A DNA stretch of 47,819 nt from a virus (taxonomy: Duplodnaviria > Heunggongvirae > Uroviricota > Caudoviricetes): the IMG/VR virus record IMGVR_UViG_2534681833_000010, one strand, 5' to 3'. The notes below the pieces were generated by a model, which was not told the DNA's origin, did not search any database, and saw nothing but the letters and a program-made list of their open reading frames with translations. Shown here in pieces: positions 8,153 to 19,559 of this stretch; positions within the stretch are counted from its first letter, which is position 1, and the number at the start of each line of letters is the position of its first letter. Both the position numbers and the translations under genes were made by a program.

Positions 8153-10477
8153 ATAGGTTCCCAGGCTGTTACCCGAATTGGTCAACATGAAATATGTCTT
8201 TGAGCCATCGTTTCGGATAAAGAATCCGTAGCTTCCATAGGCAATGCGGAAACCATTTGCATATCTTGAAACGATCTCACCAGTAGCCGTTAAACCGCCG
8301 TTGAGATTTCCTCCGGTTATTGGTAATGCGCCGACATCCGTGGCGGTCGGTTTAATGTGCGAACTGTAAATAACATATACCGTTCCATCAGTAAGACCAG
8401 TTGGTTTATCTACTGTGTAATTTGGTGATGTATGAATCGTTACGCTGGCGTTACTGGTATAATCCCACTGGATATTTACACCCGTGGCGTAATTACCTAT
8501 TTCAACATAAACATCATAGGTATCACCGGATGTATTCACCCATGCAAAATTAGTAAATCCAACCGATGTCCGTCGCCATAACGCACCAGTAAGACCTTTT
8601 GGATTCCCATTTCCCGCACGAAGAACAAGTTCAGATATACCAGCCTGCATAGGGGAGTTAACATTATATCCAGAACTACCAATCAGGCTTATGTAAACTA
8701 CGGAACTTGCCTGTGGCATGGTTACAGTTGCCAGCTTGAACCATCCTGCACCACCAATAAAAGACATGGTTGTTGAGTTGATCGTGCCTATAGACCTTGG
8801 AGTTAGCTCAATGTTTTTAGAACCGTCAAACGACACCCCATTTATAGTTCTCGCGGTTTGTAACTTGGTCGCTGTAGCCGCGTTACCGGATGTATTCTGA
8901 TTCCCCGCAACGTTAACACCAGGTAAATTAATATTCGCAGTACCATCAAATGCCACACCGCCAATCGTGCGTGCTGTTTTCAATTTCGTCGCGGTGTCGG
9001 CGTTCCCTGTCAGCGCCCCGGTGATCCCACCGTTGAAAGTCTGGCGTGCACTCCATGTGTTAGCCGTGCTCAACAGGGGGATCTTTTCACCGCTGGTACC
9101 GATTTCTCTTAAACCAAGGTATTGGATAACAGCCAGTGTGCTTGTTTTAGCCAGGATATCGCGACCGACTGACGTTAAATCAGTCTGGGAAACAGTGTCT
9201 GTACCGGTAAAGTACGGCAATTTATTTGCGCCAGTCGTAAGGCCAGCGAGCGCTGTTAAAGTTGCATCAAGTGGCTGTTTCCCTGCCAGCGCATTTGTCA
9301 TTGTTGTCGCAAAGTTCGGGTCATTGCCAAGTGCTGCTGCAAGCTCATTCAGGGTATCAAGAGCTTCTGGTGATGAGCCGACCAATGCAGATATAGCAGC
9401 CCGTACGTAAGCAGTCGTAGCGATCTGCGTATTGTTTGTGCCCTGTGCAGCGGTAGGTGCAGTAGGGATACCCGTTAATGCAGGGCTTGCCAAAGGCGCT
9501 TTGAGAGCCAGGGCATTGTTGATAGTTGTGCTGAAATTCGGGTCGTTATTGATCGCAGCCGCAATTTCTTTCAACGTATCCAGTGCTCCAGGAGCACCAT
9601 TGATAAGTGCTGTTATAGCTGCCTTAACAAAGGCTGTGTTTGCGATCTGCGTGCTGTTTGTACTTTGCGCTGCCGTAGGCGCGGTTGGCGTTCCTGTAAG
9701 CTCTGGGCTTTCTATTGGCGCTTTGGTATCAGCCAGCTCTTTTACAGACTTAACGGCTTTAGGGGTAGCCGCCATTGTTTCGCTGTCGCTGTTAGTTGCG
9801 CTACTGAGCTGAACTAATCCCTTTTGTGTTGTGCTTGCATCCTGCGCCGTATACTTGCTTTTCGCCAGATCGTAGGCTTTTTTAACCGCCAGCGAACTTG
9901 CAGCGACATCACTTCTGGTACTGGTTACAGAGTCGGAAATTTCAATGCCTATCGTGAGATCGATGCGGTCGGATACATCTATCATTTCCTGAGTAATAGC
10001 AGATACGCCAGCAGGGATATTCACCGTACAAACAAGCAGTTCCCCATCTCCTAACTGATATGAATCGGTATAGGTTCTGGCAACAAATTCAGCCGCATGA
10101 ATATGTGACGCGGTATTAACCTGATAAGAATCTTCTCCAAGGAGGTATCTTCCCTTCAGCACAATTGCATATTTCTTACCTGCGCTAAGTGCAAGAGAAA
10201 TATCCTTACGCTGCTGAATAGTTACCTGGTAGAATTCACCAATATTCACTGACGCCGCGCCAGCGGTTTTATCACCATCCACTGAGGTGATTAACAGGTT
10301 CATCCCACCGCCAGGCTTCGGCAGGAAACCAGCATAAAATCCAGGGTCAACAATTCCCCTGAATTTTCGGTTTAGCGCGGCTGACAGATATGGTTCGTGG
10401 TATTGCACATCAGCCACCAGAGCCAACGACTCGGGTGATGGGTAAGTAACCGATGTAACAACTGTAACGTCATTCAT
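8153..10477 (-). pseudogene. tail fibre protein, N-terminal portion (IS2-interrupted)
   Basis: Start ATG at 10475-10477 with AAGGA 9 nt upstream (MNDVTVVTSVTYPSPESL...); two about 69-aa repeats (TAPTAAQ.TN.TQIA.TA.V.AAI.AL....P.ALDTL.E.AAA..NDPNF) and fibre-type repeats shared with the distal portion. Confidence 0.75.
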
Positions 10478-10488
10478 CAAGCATATCC

Positions 10489-10923
10489 TTATGCTGTAGT
10501 CGTGTTTATGGCCATAACTGCGGTATATGTTTTGCCCACATACAGCGAGTCTTCCTGGACACAAATAATGGCGATTGGCTTGTTCTCGTTATCCAGAACA
10601 ACCAGAGTGTTGAATGGGTAGTTTTTCCCTTCCTGCAACTGGCTTTGATCAAGGTCCATTCGGACAGTAATTATCCCGCCTGAGTAGGTTGGAACGAGGT
10701 CGATGGTGCAAAATTGACTTGTCAGTTCAGCCAGATCGAAAGCCTTTGGCAGTTCTCCAATCTCATAAGTACCATCTCCTTTCTTAGTAACCAGTGAACT
10801 GGTACCGAAAACGGCCTTACTGATTAAAAATCGAGAGCCTTTGTTAATGGACGATTCAGCGCGCCGCTGATAGTAATAGTCCAACAACTGACTCTTATAG
10901 AGGTTTGTTGAGACGTCAGACAT
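10489..10923 (-). CDS. tail-fibre-associated virion protein (P1 R-like by position)
   Basis: 144-aa ORF immediately upstream of the fibre gene in the same operon. Confidence 0.3.
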   Translation of the reverse strand: MSDVSTNLYKSQLLDYYYQRRAESSINKGSRFLISKAVFGTSSLVTKKGDGTYEIGELPKAFDLAELTSQFCTIDLVPTYSGGIITVRMDLDQSQLQEGKNYPFNTLVVLDNENKPIAIICVQEDSLYVGKTYTAVMAINTTTA

Positions 10924-11001
10924 GATTTTCCCTAATCAATGTTGTGAAGCCTCATTGTAAGAGAAGTAACTTGTCACCCCGCCCTACGGACGGGGTGATT
11001 G

Positions 11002-11841
11002 TCAGGCGTCGCTATCCAGCAACAAATCATCTGCGCGTGTGCGATCAAACGTAGGTGTCGCTTTCACAATAGTGCCACCAGGCGTTGCGGTGATCGGGGC
11101 GCTAATCGACGTAACTCCAGTAAGCGAAGTTGTATCCGAAGTTTCAAACCAGCAGAATGCTTTTTCGGTATCAGAAATCTCGTTCAAAGTGATCATGTCG
11201 GCCTGTTCATTTACAACAACCGACAAATAGAGCGTAAGCCCATCAAACACTATATGCAGTGGCAGTAGAGGCTTTACGAACTGATTAAACTTTCTGAGAA
11301 TTTCTTCTGTAATTGCGGACTGATCTATCGTGCCAGTAATACCCATTGTCCTAGCCAGGTCGTTTATGGGAATACTGATCATCCCTCTGGAAGTCAGAAA
11401 CATCTCGCCGAATGTGCCGCCGGTAGTCTCCAGTGTGCTTTCTGGTATTAGAACTGTGCCATAGGGATGACGCTCAAGGTCCACCGGTGCATATATCGGA
11501 TCCCATAAAACAGAAATACCGTTAAATTCGCGGTAAATTGTCTGGTTTATAGGGCGTTCAGTTCCCTTAAAGTGGATCTCGTCAAGCCGCTGTTGTAACA
11601 GCATTGGTACGGAAGACGAATTCGACGTTCTGATAGTAAAGAACTGGCCAAGTTCATTTGTCCTGGTCTCCAGATCTTCCTTGCTCATGGAGAAAATAGA
11701 CTTCCGGTTGGTAATTCGCTCCAACCATGGGTCAACAAAAGTGTCCATCATTGACTGAACCAAATCAGCCAATGATTTATAGAGCAATGACTTTTGCTTA
11801 GCTGATGTAAGCCGGTTATTAAACCAGGAACGTTGCATCAC
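11002..11841 (-). CDS. baseplate structural protein (gpI/Mu gp48-like position)
   Basis: 279-aa ORF overlapping the upstream gene by 4 nt, between tape-measure-like and fibre genes. Confidence 0.3.
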   Translation of the reverse strand: MMQRSWFNNRLTSAKQKSLLYKSLADLVQSMMDTFVDPWLERITNRKSIFSMSKEDLETRTNELGQFFTIRTSNSSSVPMLLQQRLDEIHFKGTERPINQTIYREFNGISVLWDPIYAPVDLERHPYGTVLIPESTLETTGGTFGEMFLTSRGMISIPINDLARTMGITGTIDQSAITEEILRKFNQFVKPLLPLHIVFDGLTLYLSVVVNEQADMITLNEISDTEKAFCWFETSDTTSLTGVTSISAPITATPGGTIVKATPTFDRTRADDLLLDSDA

Positions 11842-13271
11842 TCCTCCTCATACGAAATATTAAAGGTGGAGTTTTCTGTATCCAGATAAACGAAATCGAA
11901 AAATCCGTTGGACTCATTCCACTCGACAAATTCCAGATAAAAATCGCGGAAATAGCCAAGCGTTTCGATATACGCCCAAACGTCTTTTTTCTTAATCAGG
12001 ATGTACTTACCAACGCGGTTTGGGTCGAAGAAAGCTGAGTCACGCCCGAATTTTGTTTCCAGCGCCGACGTCAGTTCATCGGTCACGTTTTCAATGGTCA
12101 GGCTTGCCGATATCCGCCCGGTGATTGTTATCTTAAATGGTAGTTTTCTGACCTCTTTATAAGAGAATTTCTTGTTCAGCTCATTCGGCACCTTCTTAAA
12201 GGCAGCCAGGATCATTTCTTCAAGTTCTGACTGACTTTTATTTGGATGCCACCCTGAAATAAATATCTTATTGATATTCTGAACATTATAAGCACCATCT
12301 AATTTCTCTTGCTGGCCCTCACCCCATGCCTTTACCCAGGACAGGCCTGGGATGTTACGCACCAGAAAATACGTATAATCCCCGCCCCATACGACCTGAT
12401 CATCATAGGCAAGGTAATATTGTGCACGGTTACGTGTGATCTCCGTTGTTTCAGCATCGGTACCTGCGGTTATAGGTGTCGTTGTCTTAACTGAAATCAA
12501 ATTAGCTAAATTAGCCGCAGAATCGACAGGCGTCAGGTTTTGGCCAGCAACCAGGGTTATATCGCCGTTGGTGCACCATACCTTAAGCGTAATTGTCGAG
12601 CCTTCTGGCGGTATTTGCCCAATTAGCCCATCGCCGAATCGAACCCCCAACTGCTCGGATGGTTTATAAAACTCAACGTAGACCTGGCTTTTACTACCGG
12701 CTAACCGGAACATAGTGCTGGAAGACCACTGCGTGGTCTTACCATCGGTCGTCACGAATACTTCCAGCTTATAGCAGACAGCAGTGAGAGCCTTTGATAA
12801 CACGACTTCCAGAAATTCTTTGGCTGCCGTAACGGTATATGTCACCTCCTGGATTTCCAACTGTGCCACTTCTACCGTACCGGTGCCGTCAACCAACCTG
12901 CATACATCCATAGTCATGTAAGGGTACTGGTCGTCAGATATTAAAGGCATGTTTTTGGGGATTACCGCTGGGGCGTCTTCACTTGTGGCAGTGATCTCAA
13001 TCATCCCCGATGACGGTGTTGGCTTGGTACCAACGTAACTATTCGTTTCTGCCGCTGCCAGGATAGAGGAACGCCGCGTCGCGGTCGATATAAAGCCTTC
13101 AGCCAGCGCCGCATCGGCATACTGAAAGCACCTGTAGACAATCTGGGTAATAAACAATGTCAGCATCGAGACAAATTGAGAGCCGACAAACTTCGACCAG
13201 AATGAATCTTTCTCGACAAGCTCTTCAAACTCTGCACGAATACTGTCTTTAGTCGGTGTTGTTTTACTCAT
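11838..13271 (-). CDS. baseplate protein (J-like by size and position)
   Basis: 477-aa ORF in the baseplate operon; translationally coupled to both neighbours. Confidence 0.3.
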   Translation of the reverse strand: MSKTTPTKDSIRAEFEELVEKDSFWSKFVGSQFVSMLTLFITQIVYRCFQYADAALAEGFISTATRRSSILAAAETNSYVGTKPTPSSGMIEITATSEDAPAVIPKNMPLISDDQYPYMTMDVCRLVDGTGTVEVAQLEIQEVTYTVTAAKEFLEVVLSKALTAVCYKLEVFVTTDGKTTQWSSSTMFRLAGSKSQVYVEFYKPSEQLGVRFGDGLIGQIPPEGSTITLKVWCTNGDITLVAGQNLTPVDSAANLANLISVKTTTPITAGTDAETTEITRNRAQYYLAYDDQVVWGGDYTYFLVRNIPGLSWVKAWGEGQQEKLDGAYNVQNINKIFISGWHPNKSQSELEEMILAAFKKVPNELNKKFSYKEVRKLPFKITITGRISASLTIENVTDELTSALETKFGRDSAFFDPNRVGKYILIKKKDVWAYIETLGYFRDFYLEFVEWNESNGFFDFVYLDTENSTFNISYEEE

Positions 13272-13627
13272 AGCACCACGTCCTGTGTGATAGTTATATC
13301 CCTGATACGAATGGATATTTTCAACTTATCAAAAGCATCTCCCTCGGCAACTGACAAGCCAGAAATCGGTATGTCAGGTAAATCTTCCGTCAGTTTTTGC
13401 AACAGCATTGCCTCAACCGCAATTTGAACATGCGACAAGTTGGTCGGTTCGTGTTTAAACTGCGGTAAAACATTGCCCCATGACGGATCCCCGTATACCT
13501 CACCCTGATAAGTGTTTAGCCACTCATATAAACGAGCGCCCCAGGCCTCCTCCTGGGACTCATACGTTTTTACGCCGGATAACTCCAGCGTCAGCAAAGG
13601 ATCAATTTCGTTATTGTTGGCCATCAA
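13268..13627 (-). CDS. small baseplate component (gp25/W-like by position)
   Basis: 119-aa ORF directly downstream of the Sit-like gene, overlapping by 4 nt. Confidence 0.3.
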   Translation of the reverse strand: MMANNNEIDPLLTLELSGVKTYESQEEAWGARLYEWLNTYQGEVYGDPSWGNVLPQFKHEPTNLSHVQIAVEAMLLQKLTEDLPDIPISGLSVAEGDAFDKLKISIRIRDITITQDVVL

Positions 13628-16600
13628 TCAACTCTCGCGTAGTCATTCATCAACGGATCATCAATTGACAGTGGTACCGTGCGCATAACGCCCGGCTGAG
13701 GCGTGCTGACCTTTACGACAGTTCCCTGGCCTTTCGCCGAGTCTTTGGTGTGCTCTTCAATCCTGGCAAGTAATGAGGTCATCTGCGCAAACAGCCGCTT
13801 CGTTTCACCATCAAGTGAAACGGTATTATCAGCCAACTGCATTGTCGGCTTGGCACCGGAACCACCAAGGTCACTAATAACCTGTCCGTCTATCTGCATA
13901 CGACCGGTTGGTTGCTGCAAATCGTTGGCGGCAGTCGTCACCTGGGACGTGGAGGCTGGTTCAGGCGCATTATTTTTCCGCATCCCCGGCGAGTTGCGGA
14001 GTTTATCGAATAGTCCATCAATCCCCATTTGTGCGCCGAGTTGGTCAAAGTAACTTGAGTTGCTGGTCACCGGACGCGCCTCTTCAACTGGCATCGGAGT
14101 ATCAACATACACATTGCCAGCTGCTGTTGCGGTCCCCTTCCCTCGTGCACGTTCTTCGAGCGTTCCCTGAACGACTTCCCGACGCATACCCCGGCCATTC
14201 ATGAATTTGTTGACCAGATCGTTAACGCCAACAGCATTGCCGATTTTGTCTACCAGACCGCCTTTCTCAAACGGGCTATCACCAGGGGTAAACGCCAGGC
14301 CAGTAGACTGATCGATAACAGCGTTATCAGGCAGTGGTCCCCTCACTCCATATTGCGCCCCACCCTGTGCTCCTGCTCCAGGTGTATAGATTTCACCACC
14401 TAAATAGCGAGCACGATGAGTATTGACCTTGATCGCGTACTCACGGTTTTCTTTCGATAAGTCACCTGTGCCTTTTTTCCACTTATTGATAGTGCCAAAC
14501 CCAGCGTTATATGCAGTGATGGCCTCGTTTAAGTCTCCATTGGCTTGCTTCAGATACTTGCTCATGAGAAGAGCCGCAGCTTCTGCCGATTTCACAGGAT
14601 CAAACGATTCACCTTCAGCTAAGCCAGTCTCTTCACGAGCAATCCCCGTGAACTGAAACATTCCCAGAGCACCGGTTTGGGATTTTGCATACGGATTACC
14701 ACCAGATTCAGTTGCAGCAATCGCGTAAAGAGTGCCTTCTGGAAGACCATATTTATTCTCTAGTTCAGCAAAATACGGAGCCAACTTATCGAGATTTGCC
14801 TTACCTTCAGATCCAAGACTTCCGACTTTTACATCCAAGCGGCCATTGTTGTAGGTATCCGCAGCTTTCTGAATGTCATTCCTGGTGCCAGTGGTATTAA
14901 GCGACGATGATGACGAGCTATTTTGACCAATAGCTTTATCAATTTTCTGCAACGCGCTATTGCCCGTTTCTGCGGCATTTGCATTGATAATCTGATTCGC
15001 AGTTTCTTTAACTGTTTTATTGCTATCTTTCGCCGTGTCCAGTGCCGCATTTATCACGCGGGTAACAATATTAGTCTGTTTGGCATCGGATTCAGTTTTA
15101 GAATCAGATGTCTCCTGGTGGCTATTAACCGGAGCTTTTAACTCTGGAGCGATTTCTTTCGCATTAGCCTCGCCGATCGGATTGGGTATTTTTGATACAA
15201 TCATTGCCGCAGGGGTATTTTTAACGGCATCAACCGCTGCATCTAATGCTTTACCAGGTAAATTTTTAACCCCATCCCAAATATTACCAGCCGCCTCTTT
15301 AATGTGTTTCCCTGGGTTCTTAATGAAATCAATTGCACTATCAATTGCATCACTGAAAACCTGTTTCAGGTTATCAACAGTAAAGAAGTCTTTGATGGCA
15401 TCCAGCTTTTCAAGCAGCTTATTAGATGTATCGCTAAACCATGCTGAAACAGCATCACCAATCTTTGCTGTGTAATCTTCGAACTTGGTAGAAATGGTGT
15501 CGCCAAGGTTAGAAATATATGTTTCTAAGTTGGTAATCCCACTATCAATGGCCTGGGCAATACTTTCCGTCGAAAATGATTGCAACATATTGCCGATATC
15601 CTCAAATCCAAGTGATTTGAGAACCTCACCAATGGCGCTGCTAATACCAGATACCAGTCCCCCCATATCAAGAACATTGGCTAACGTATAAGCGGCTTTT
15701 TGCTGGAATGATGGATCTTGTCCTGATTTAAGCCCAAACGCTCGACGTTGCGCTTCTGTATCATTCCAACCGGTTACCGCATCATAAATACCTCCAGCCA
15801 CTGTGCCGACTAAGGGAATTGCGCGTAACGCCCCTTTACCAACTGCCTTTAATCCAAGTTTACCTGCTGCCCGGGCAGCCAAATCTCCACCTTCATGGGC
15901 GATAGTCTTCTTGCCACCACCGCGTAGCATTCCTACAAGTTTCTTTGCCCCCAGAGCGCCAAAAGCGAGTGCTCCAGCTTTTTTCAGCATGCCACGCCCC
16001 ATTAACAACGACGCGACGCCACCGGCCCCCTTCCCTAACAGGCTAAATAGTTTGGACAGCAAGCCGCCCTTCTTTTTCCCGGTGTTTTTGGCTATCTGAT
16101 CAAGGGCGCTGAGAATCTTGTCATTGCCCTCTTTAATTTCGCTGGTCTGCTCCTGAAGTTCCTGAACTGTCCGTTTTTGGGTGTTAACCTGAACGACATC
16201 GGCACTATTTTGCGATTTACGCCTAAAAAAACCTTTTCTACGGCTGTTATCGTCATTGCCACGAATCACATCGGCAATAGACTTTCTGGCACCATTAAGC
16301 GATCCACCAACTTCTTTTGATATCCCGCCAAGCTCCTTCCCTGCTGCCCACAATGGACCAGCAACGGCATAACCTAACGCATCAACGGCACGAGTCTCTG
16401 AAGGGTTACCTATGCCTTCAGCTACTTTTGACAGTTTTTTTAATAAACCTGATTCAGCATTTAGACGCTCATCATCCTCTTTGCGCCTGGCCTTTTCAGC
16501 ACGTTCAGCACGGGCATCTTCCGCTGCGGCCTTACTCCCTGACTTTCCAATAAAACGACCACGCGCATCGCGTTGGTTTTGGCTTTTTTGCGCACCGCCT

Positions 16601-17313
16601 TTTTGATCGAACATTTCGCGAGCGTGTTCGGCTGCTTCGGTCCGTTGTGCCTTTATATCCTCTGGTATAGCCTTCCTGCGTCGTTTTTTACCCTTTGGTG
16701 TAGTTGATTTGGCCTGCTGTTCCTGTTGAGCAATGCCCTCCTGAACTACACGAGAAACGTCCCCTAAATTAAGCCGTTTCATTGCGTCAACAATAGGGTC
16801 TACTGATGGCGCATTGGCCACAAAGTCTGGCCGGGAATTTTCGATTGTTCGATTTAATGCCGACACACTGCGAGATACTGGGTCAACCGTTGCAACGCGT
16901 TCCCCTTTCAAATCACGAGCGAGTTTGACCGTTTCTAACCGCTGTGCTTTAACATCCTCTGTTATTGCCTCTCTTCGTCTATTTGGGGGATTGTGCGCTG
17001 TTGGTGCAGCCTGCTGTGCACGGTTAGTGACTTTGTCCTCCCGTATACGAGAAACGTCCCCTAAATTAAGCCGTTTTATTGCGTCAACAATAGGGTCCAC
17101 TGATGGCGCATTGGTCACAAAGTCAGGACGTGAATTTTCGATTGTGCGATTTAATGCCGACACACTGCGAGAGACAGGATCAACAGTTGCAACTCGTTCC
17201 CCTTTCAAATCTTCAACAGCTTCCCGAATACCTGCAAGCTCTTCCAGCTCTTTCGCGCTGGCGGTTTCAACTGTCCTTATAACATCGTCAATATTGGCGT
17301 TTTTTCTTTCCAT
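13624..17313 (-). CDS. sit: Sit-like virion protein with lytic transglycosylase domain (tape-measure/injection protein)
   Basis: 1229-aa ORF; SLT-type motif ..AIAATESGGNPYAKSQTGALGMFQF..AYNAG.; Gly/Lys-rich and coiled-coil segments; internal duplicated 55-aa segment. Confidence 0.6.
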   Translation of the reverse strand: MERKNANIDDVIRTVETASAKELEELAGIREAVEDLKGERVATVDPVSRSVSALNRTIENSRPDFVTNAPSVDPIVDAIKRLNLGDVSRIREDKVTNRAQQAAPTAHNPPNRRREAITEDVKAQRLETVKLARDLKGERVATVDPVSRSVSALNRTIENSRPDFVANAPSVDPIVDAMKRLNLGDVSRVVQEGIAQQEQQAKSTTPKGKKRRRKAIPEDIKAQRTEAAEHAREMFDQKGGAQKSQNQRDARGRFIGKSGSKAAAEDARAERAEKARRKEDDERLNAESGLLKKLSKVAEGIGNPSETRAVDALGYAVAGPLWAAGKELGGISKEVGGSLNGARKSIADVIRGNDDNSRRKGFFRRKSQNSADVVQVNTQKRTVQELQEQTSEIKEGNDKILSALDQIAKNTGKKKGGLLSKLFSLLGKGAGGVASLLMGRGMLKKAGALAFGALGAKKLVGMLRGGGKKTIAHEGGDLAARAAGKLGLKAVGKGALRAIPLVGTVAGGIYDAVTGWNDTEAQRRAFGLKSGQDPSFQQKAAYTLANVLDMGGLVSGISSAIGEVLKSLGFEDIGNMLQSFSTESIAQAIDSGITNLETYISNLGDTISTKFEDYTAKIGDAVSAWFSDTSNKLLEKLDAIKDFFTVDNLKQVFSDAIDSAIDFIKNPGKHIKEAAGNIWDGVKNLPGKALDAAVDAVKNTPAAMIVSKIPNPIGEANAKEIAPELKAPVNSHQETSDSKTESDAKQTNIVTRVINAALDTAKDSNKTVKETANQIINANAAETGNSALQKIDKAIGQNSSSSSSLNTTGTRNDIQKAADTYNNGRLDVKVGSLGSEGKANLDKLAPYFAELENKYGLPEGTLYAIAATESGGNPYAKSQTGALGMFQFTGIAREETGLAEGESFDPVKSAEAAALLMSKYLKQANGDLNEAITAYNAGFGTINKWKKGTGDLSKENREYAIKVNTHRARYLGGEIYTPGAGAQGGAQYGVRGPLPDNAVIDQSTGLAFTPGDSPFEKGGLVDKIGNAVGVNDLVNKFMNGRGMRREVVQGTLEERARGKGTATAAGNVYVDTPMPVEEARPVTSNSSYFDQLGAQMGIDGLFDKLRNSPGMRKNNAPEPASTSQVTTAANDLQQPTGRMQIDGQVISDLGGSGAKPTMQLADNTVSLDGETKRLFAQMTSLLARIEEHTKDSAKGQGTVVKVSTPQPGVMRTVPLSIDDPLMNDYARVD
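16750..17211 (-). repeat. two about 165-bp direct repeats (about 95 percent identical, 297 bp apart) inside sit
   Basis: Encode DLKGERVATVDPVSRSVSALNRTIENSRPDFV.NAPSVDPIVDA.KRLNLGDVSR twice (aa 35-89 and 134-188). Confidence 0.8.
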
Positions 17314-17394
17314 GATCTTATCGCCTACCGTTTCGGTTTAAGTTTTTCTTCCAGTTTCTCCAACAGGAAAAACGCATAGGATTCAGTAAGCCTT

Positions 17395-18276
17395 TCAGCG
17401 TCCTGAATCGGTATACCCCCATACAAAACCAGGTTGGACACTAAGGTCTGATAGCTTTTCAATCCCCACCTGTGGAATGAAGTCGGTAGCCCGAAAGGGC
17501 ACCCACAGACGGGTATATGCACCCTCTGTGGACTCCTTTTTATCCTGATTTGGGCATTTATGCGGCGGGAGACGAAGACGCATTTCACCTTTATCGATGT
17601 AGCACGGTAAACCATGTTCGAGCTTTTCATGAGCCAGTCGGATGTGTGCCGCCAGCTTCATAAATTCAGTATCAATGGCCATCCGTTTAATCGTTTCATA
17701 ACGACGCTCAGCCTGATCTTCACGAGTACCGCTAACATCGTTATAAAGCTCACACTGATAAGCGAATTCCCAAAAACGCAAATCAACGATCGCTTCTTTG
17801 AATTCCGCGTCGTCTTCAGGTGGCAATGCTGCACGGCGCATCTCCAGCATTTCCATTGCCCAACCATCAAGCGGCACGATACGCCATTGATAAGGTACTC
17901 CCTCTACAGACACCTCAATATCGTCAATGAAAGGTTCCACTTCCAGGACCTGGATATCTTCAGCCAGAGCATTCATATCGCAATCGTAATAATGCTCTTT
18001 ACCGCAATGTTTACAGGTGTAGGTGAATGTCTCGACCGGTGTTTCACGGGAGCCGGTAAATATCCACCATAACGCGGTAATCCGGTCCTGCGCCGTCCAT
18101 GTCAGGGGATCATGTTTCGCGGGTTCAGCCAGCAAGGCTTTTAAATACGCCGTTGTCTGTTGTTCTTGTTCCTCCGGTGTTATCGAGTTGAAACGCATCG
18201 CATCAGCAATATTTGGCTGACGGAACTGGATCAATTCAGTTGGCCGCGATGGTAGCGGGAAAAGAGGTAAAAGCAT
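17395..18276 (-). CDS. hypothetical virion assembly protein with Cys-rich motifs
   Basis: 293-aa ORF; CKHCGKEHYYDC and CYIDKGEMRLRLPPHKC suggest a zinc-ribbon; upstream of sit. Confidence 0.3.
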   Translation of the reverse strand: MLLPLFPLPSRPTELIQFRQPNIADAMRFNSITPEEQEQQTTAYLKALLAEPAKHDPLTWTAQDRITALWWIFTGSRETPVETFTYTCKHCGKEHYYDCDMNALAEDIQVLEVEPFIDDIEVSVEGVPYQWRIVPLDGWAMEMLEMRRAALPPEDDAEFKEAIVDLRFWEFAYQCELYNDVSGTREDQAERRYETIKRMAIDTEFMKLAAHIRLAHEKLEHGLPCYIDKGEMRLRLPPHKCPNQDKKESTEGAYTRLWVPFRATDFIPQVGIEKLSDLSVQPGFVWGYTDSGR

Positions 18277-18290
18277 CCTTGCTCCTTAAT

Positions 18291-18902
18291 TCAAAGAGAA
18301 AAGCTAAAGCCCAGAAGGGAAGCCAAAGAACTTGAGGATTGGTTAAACGTGCTGTGCAATGCGAAGGTCATTGGGAATGACTTAAATTCAGTAACCTGAT
18401 CTCGCGCATAGGTGACATCGCCGGTAGTGACCGGGAATACCGTCATCTCATTTTCCAGTTTGGTTAAGCCGGAAGACAGCAACCGATAAATACGCACATT
18501 GAGCAAATATTTAGACGGTATATTCCCGGTACCGTCCGGATTGATCACCCGACTTTTTGCCGTCTTAAACCAGTCCAAAACGAGGCCATCAACGGTATCC
18601 CTGACCATCATTGTTATCTGCCCAGGCGAACGCTCCGTTGGTTGAAGGATATTCCCTCCGCCGATTTTAATCGTTTCATATTCGATGCTGTAATCGTGGT
18701 AGGTAATATCTTTGGCAAAGAAGTCTGCCCCCTCCAGTCCATCAACTTCGACAGAGAACTGCCATCCTTGCGCGAACAGCATTTTGTTCATGATGATTGA
18801 CGTCAGCTTACCAACTTCCCGTTCACCAACGCCGGAGCCAAATAATGTCGTCGTTAATGCCGAAGATACATAAGACTTTACTGAAGCAACATTAAACCCC
18901 AT
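18291..18902 (-). CDS. putative tail tube protein (Tub-like by size and position)
   Basis: 203-aa ORF in the tail operon upstream of sit; no motif recognised. Confidence 0.3.
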   Translation of the reverse strand: MGFNVASVKSYVSSALTTTLFGSGVGEREVGKLTSIIMNKMLFAQGWQFSVEVDGLEGADFFAKDITYHDYSIEYETIKIGGGNILQPTERSPGQITMMVRDTVDGLVLDWFKTAKSRVINPDGTGNIPSKYLLNVRIYRLLSSGLTKLENEMTVFPVTTGDVTYARDQVTEFKSFPMTFALHSTFNQSSSSLASLLGFSFSL

Positions 18903-18912
18903 ATCAGCCCTC

Positions 18913-19503
<591 letters not shown>

Positions 19504-19559
19504 TTAACAGATTCTACGAGTTGTCATTTGTGACAGTATGCTCGCAATCGTAGTGATTA

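Noticed and set aside
8718-9812. Plus-strand ORFs of 60-147 aa opposite the tail-fibre gene
   Set aside because: Low-complexity Ala/Val-rich translations of the reverse strand of a repetitive gene
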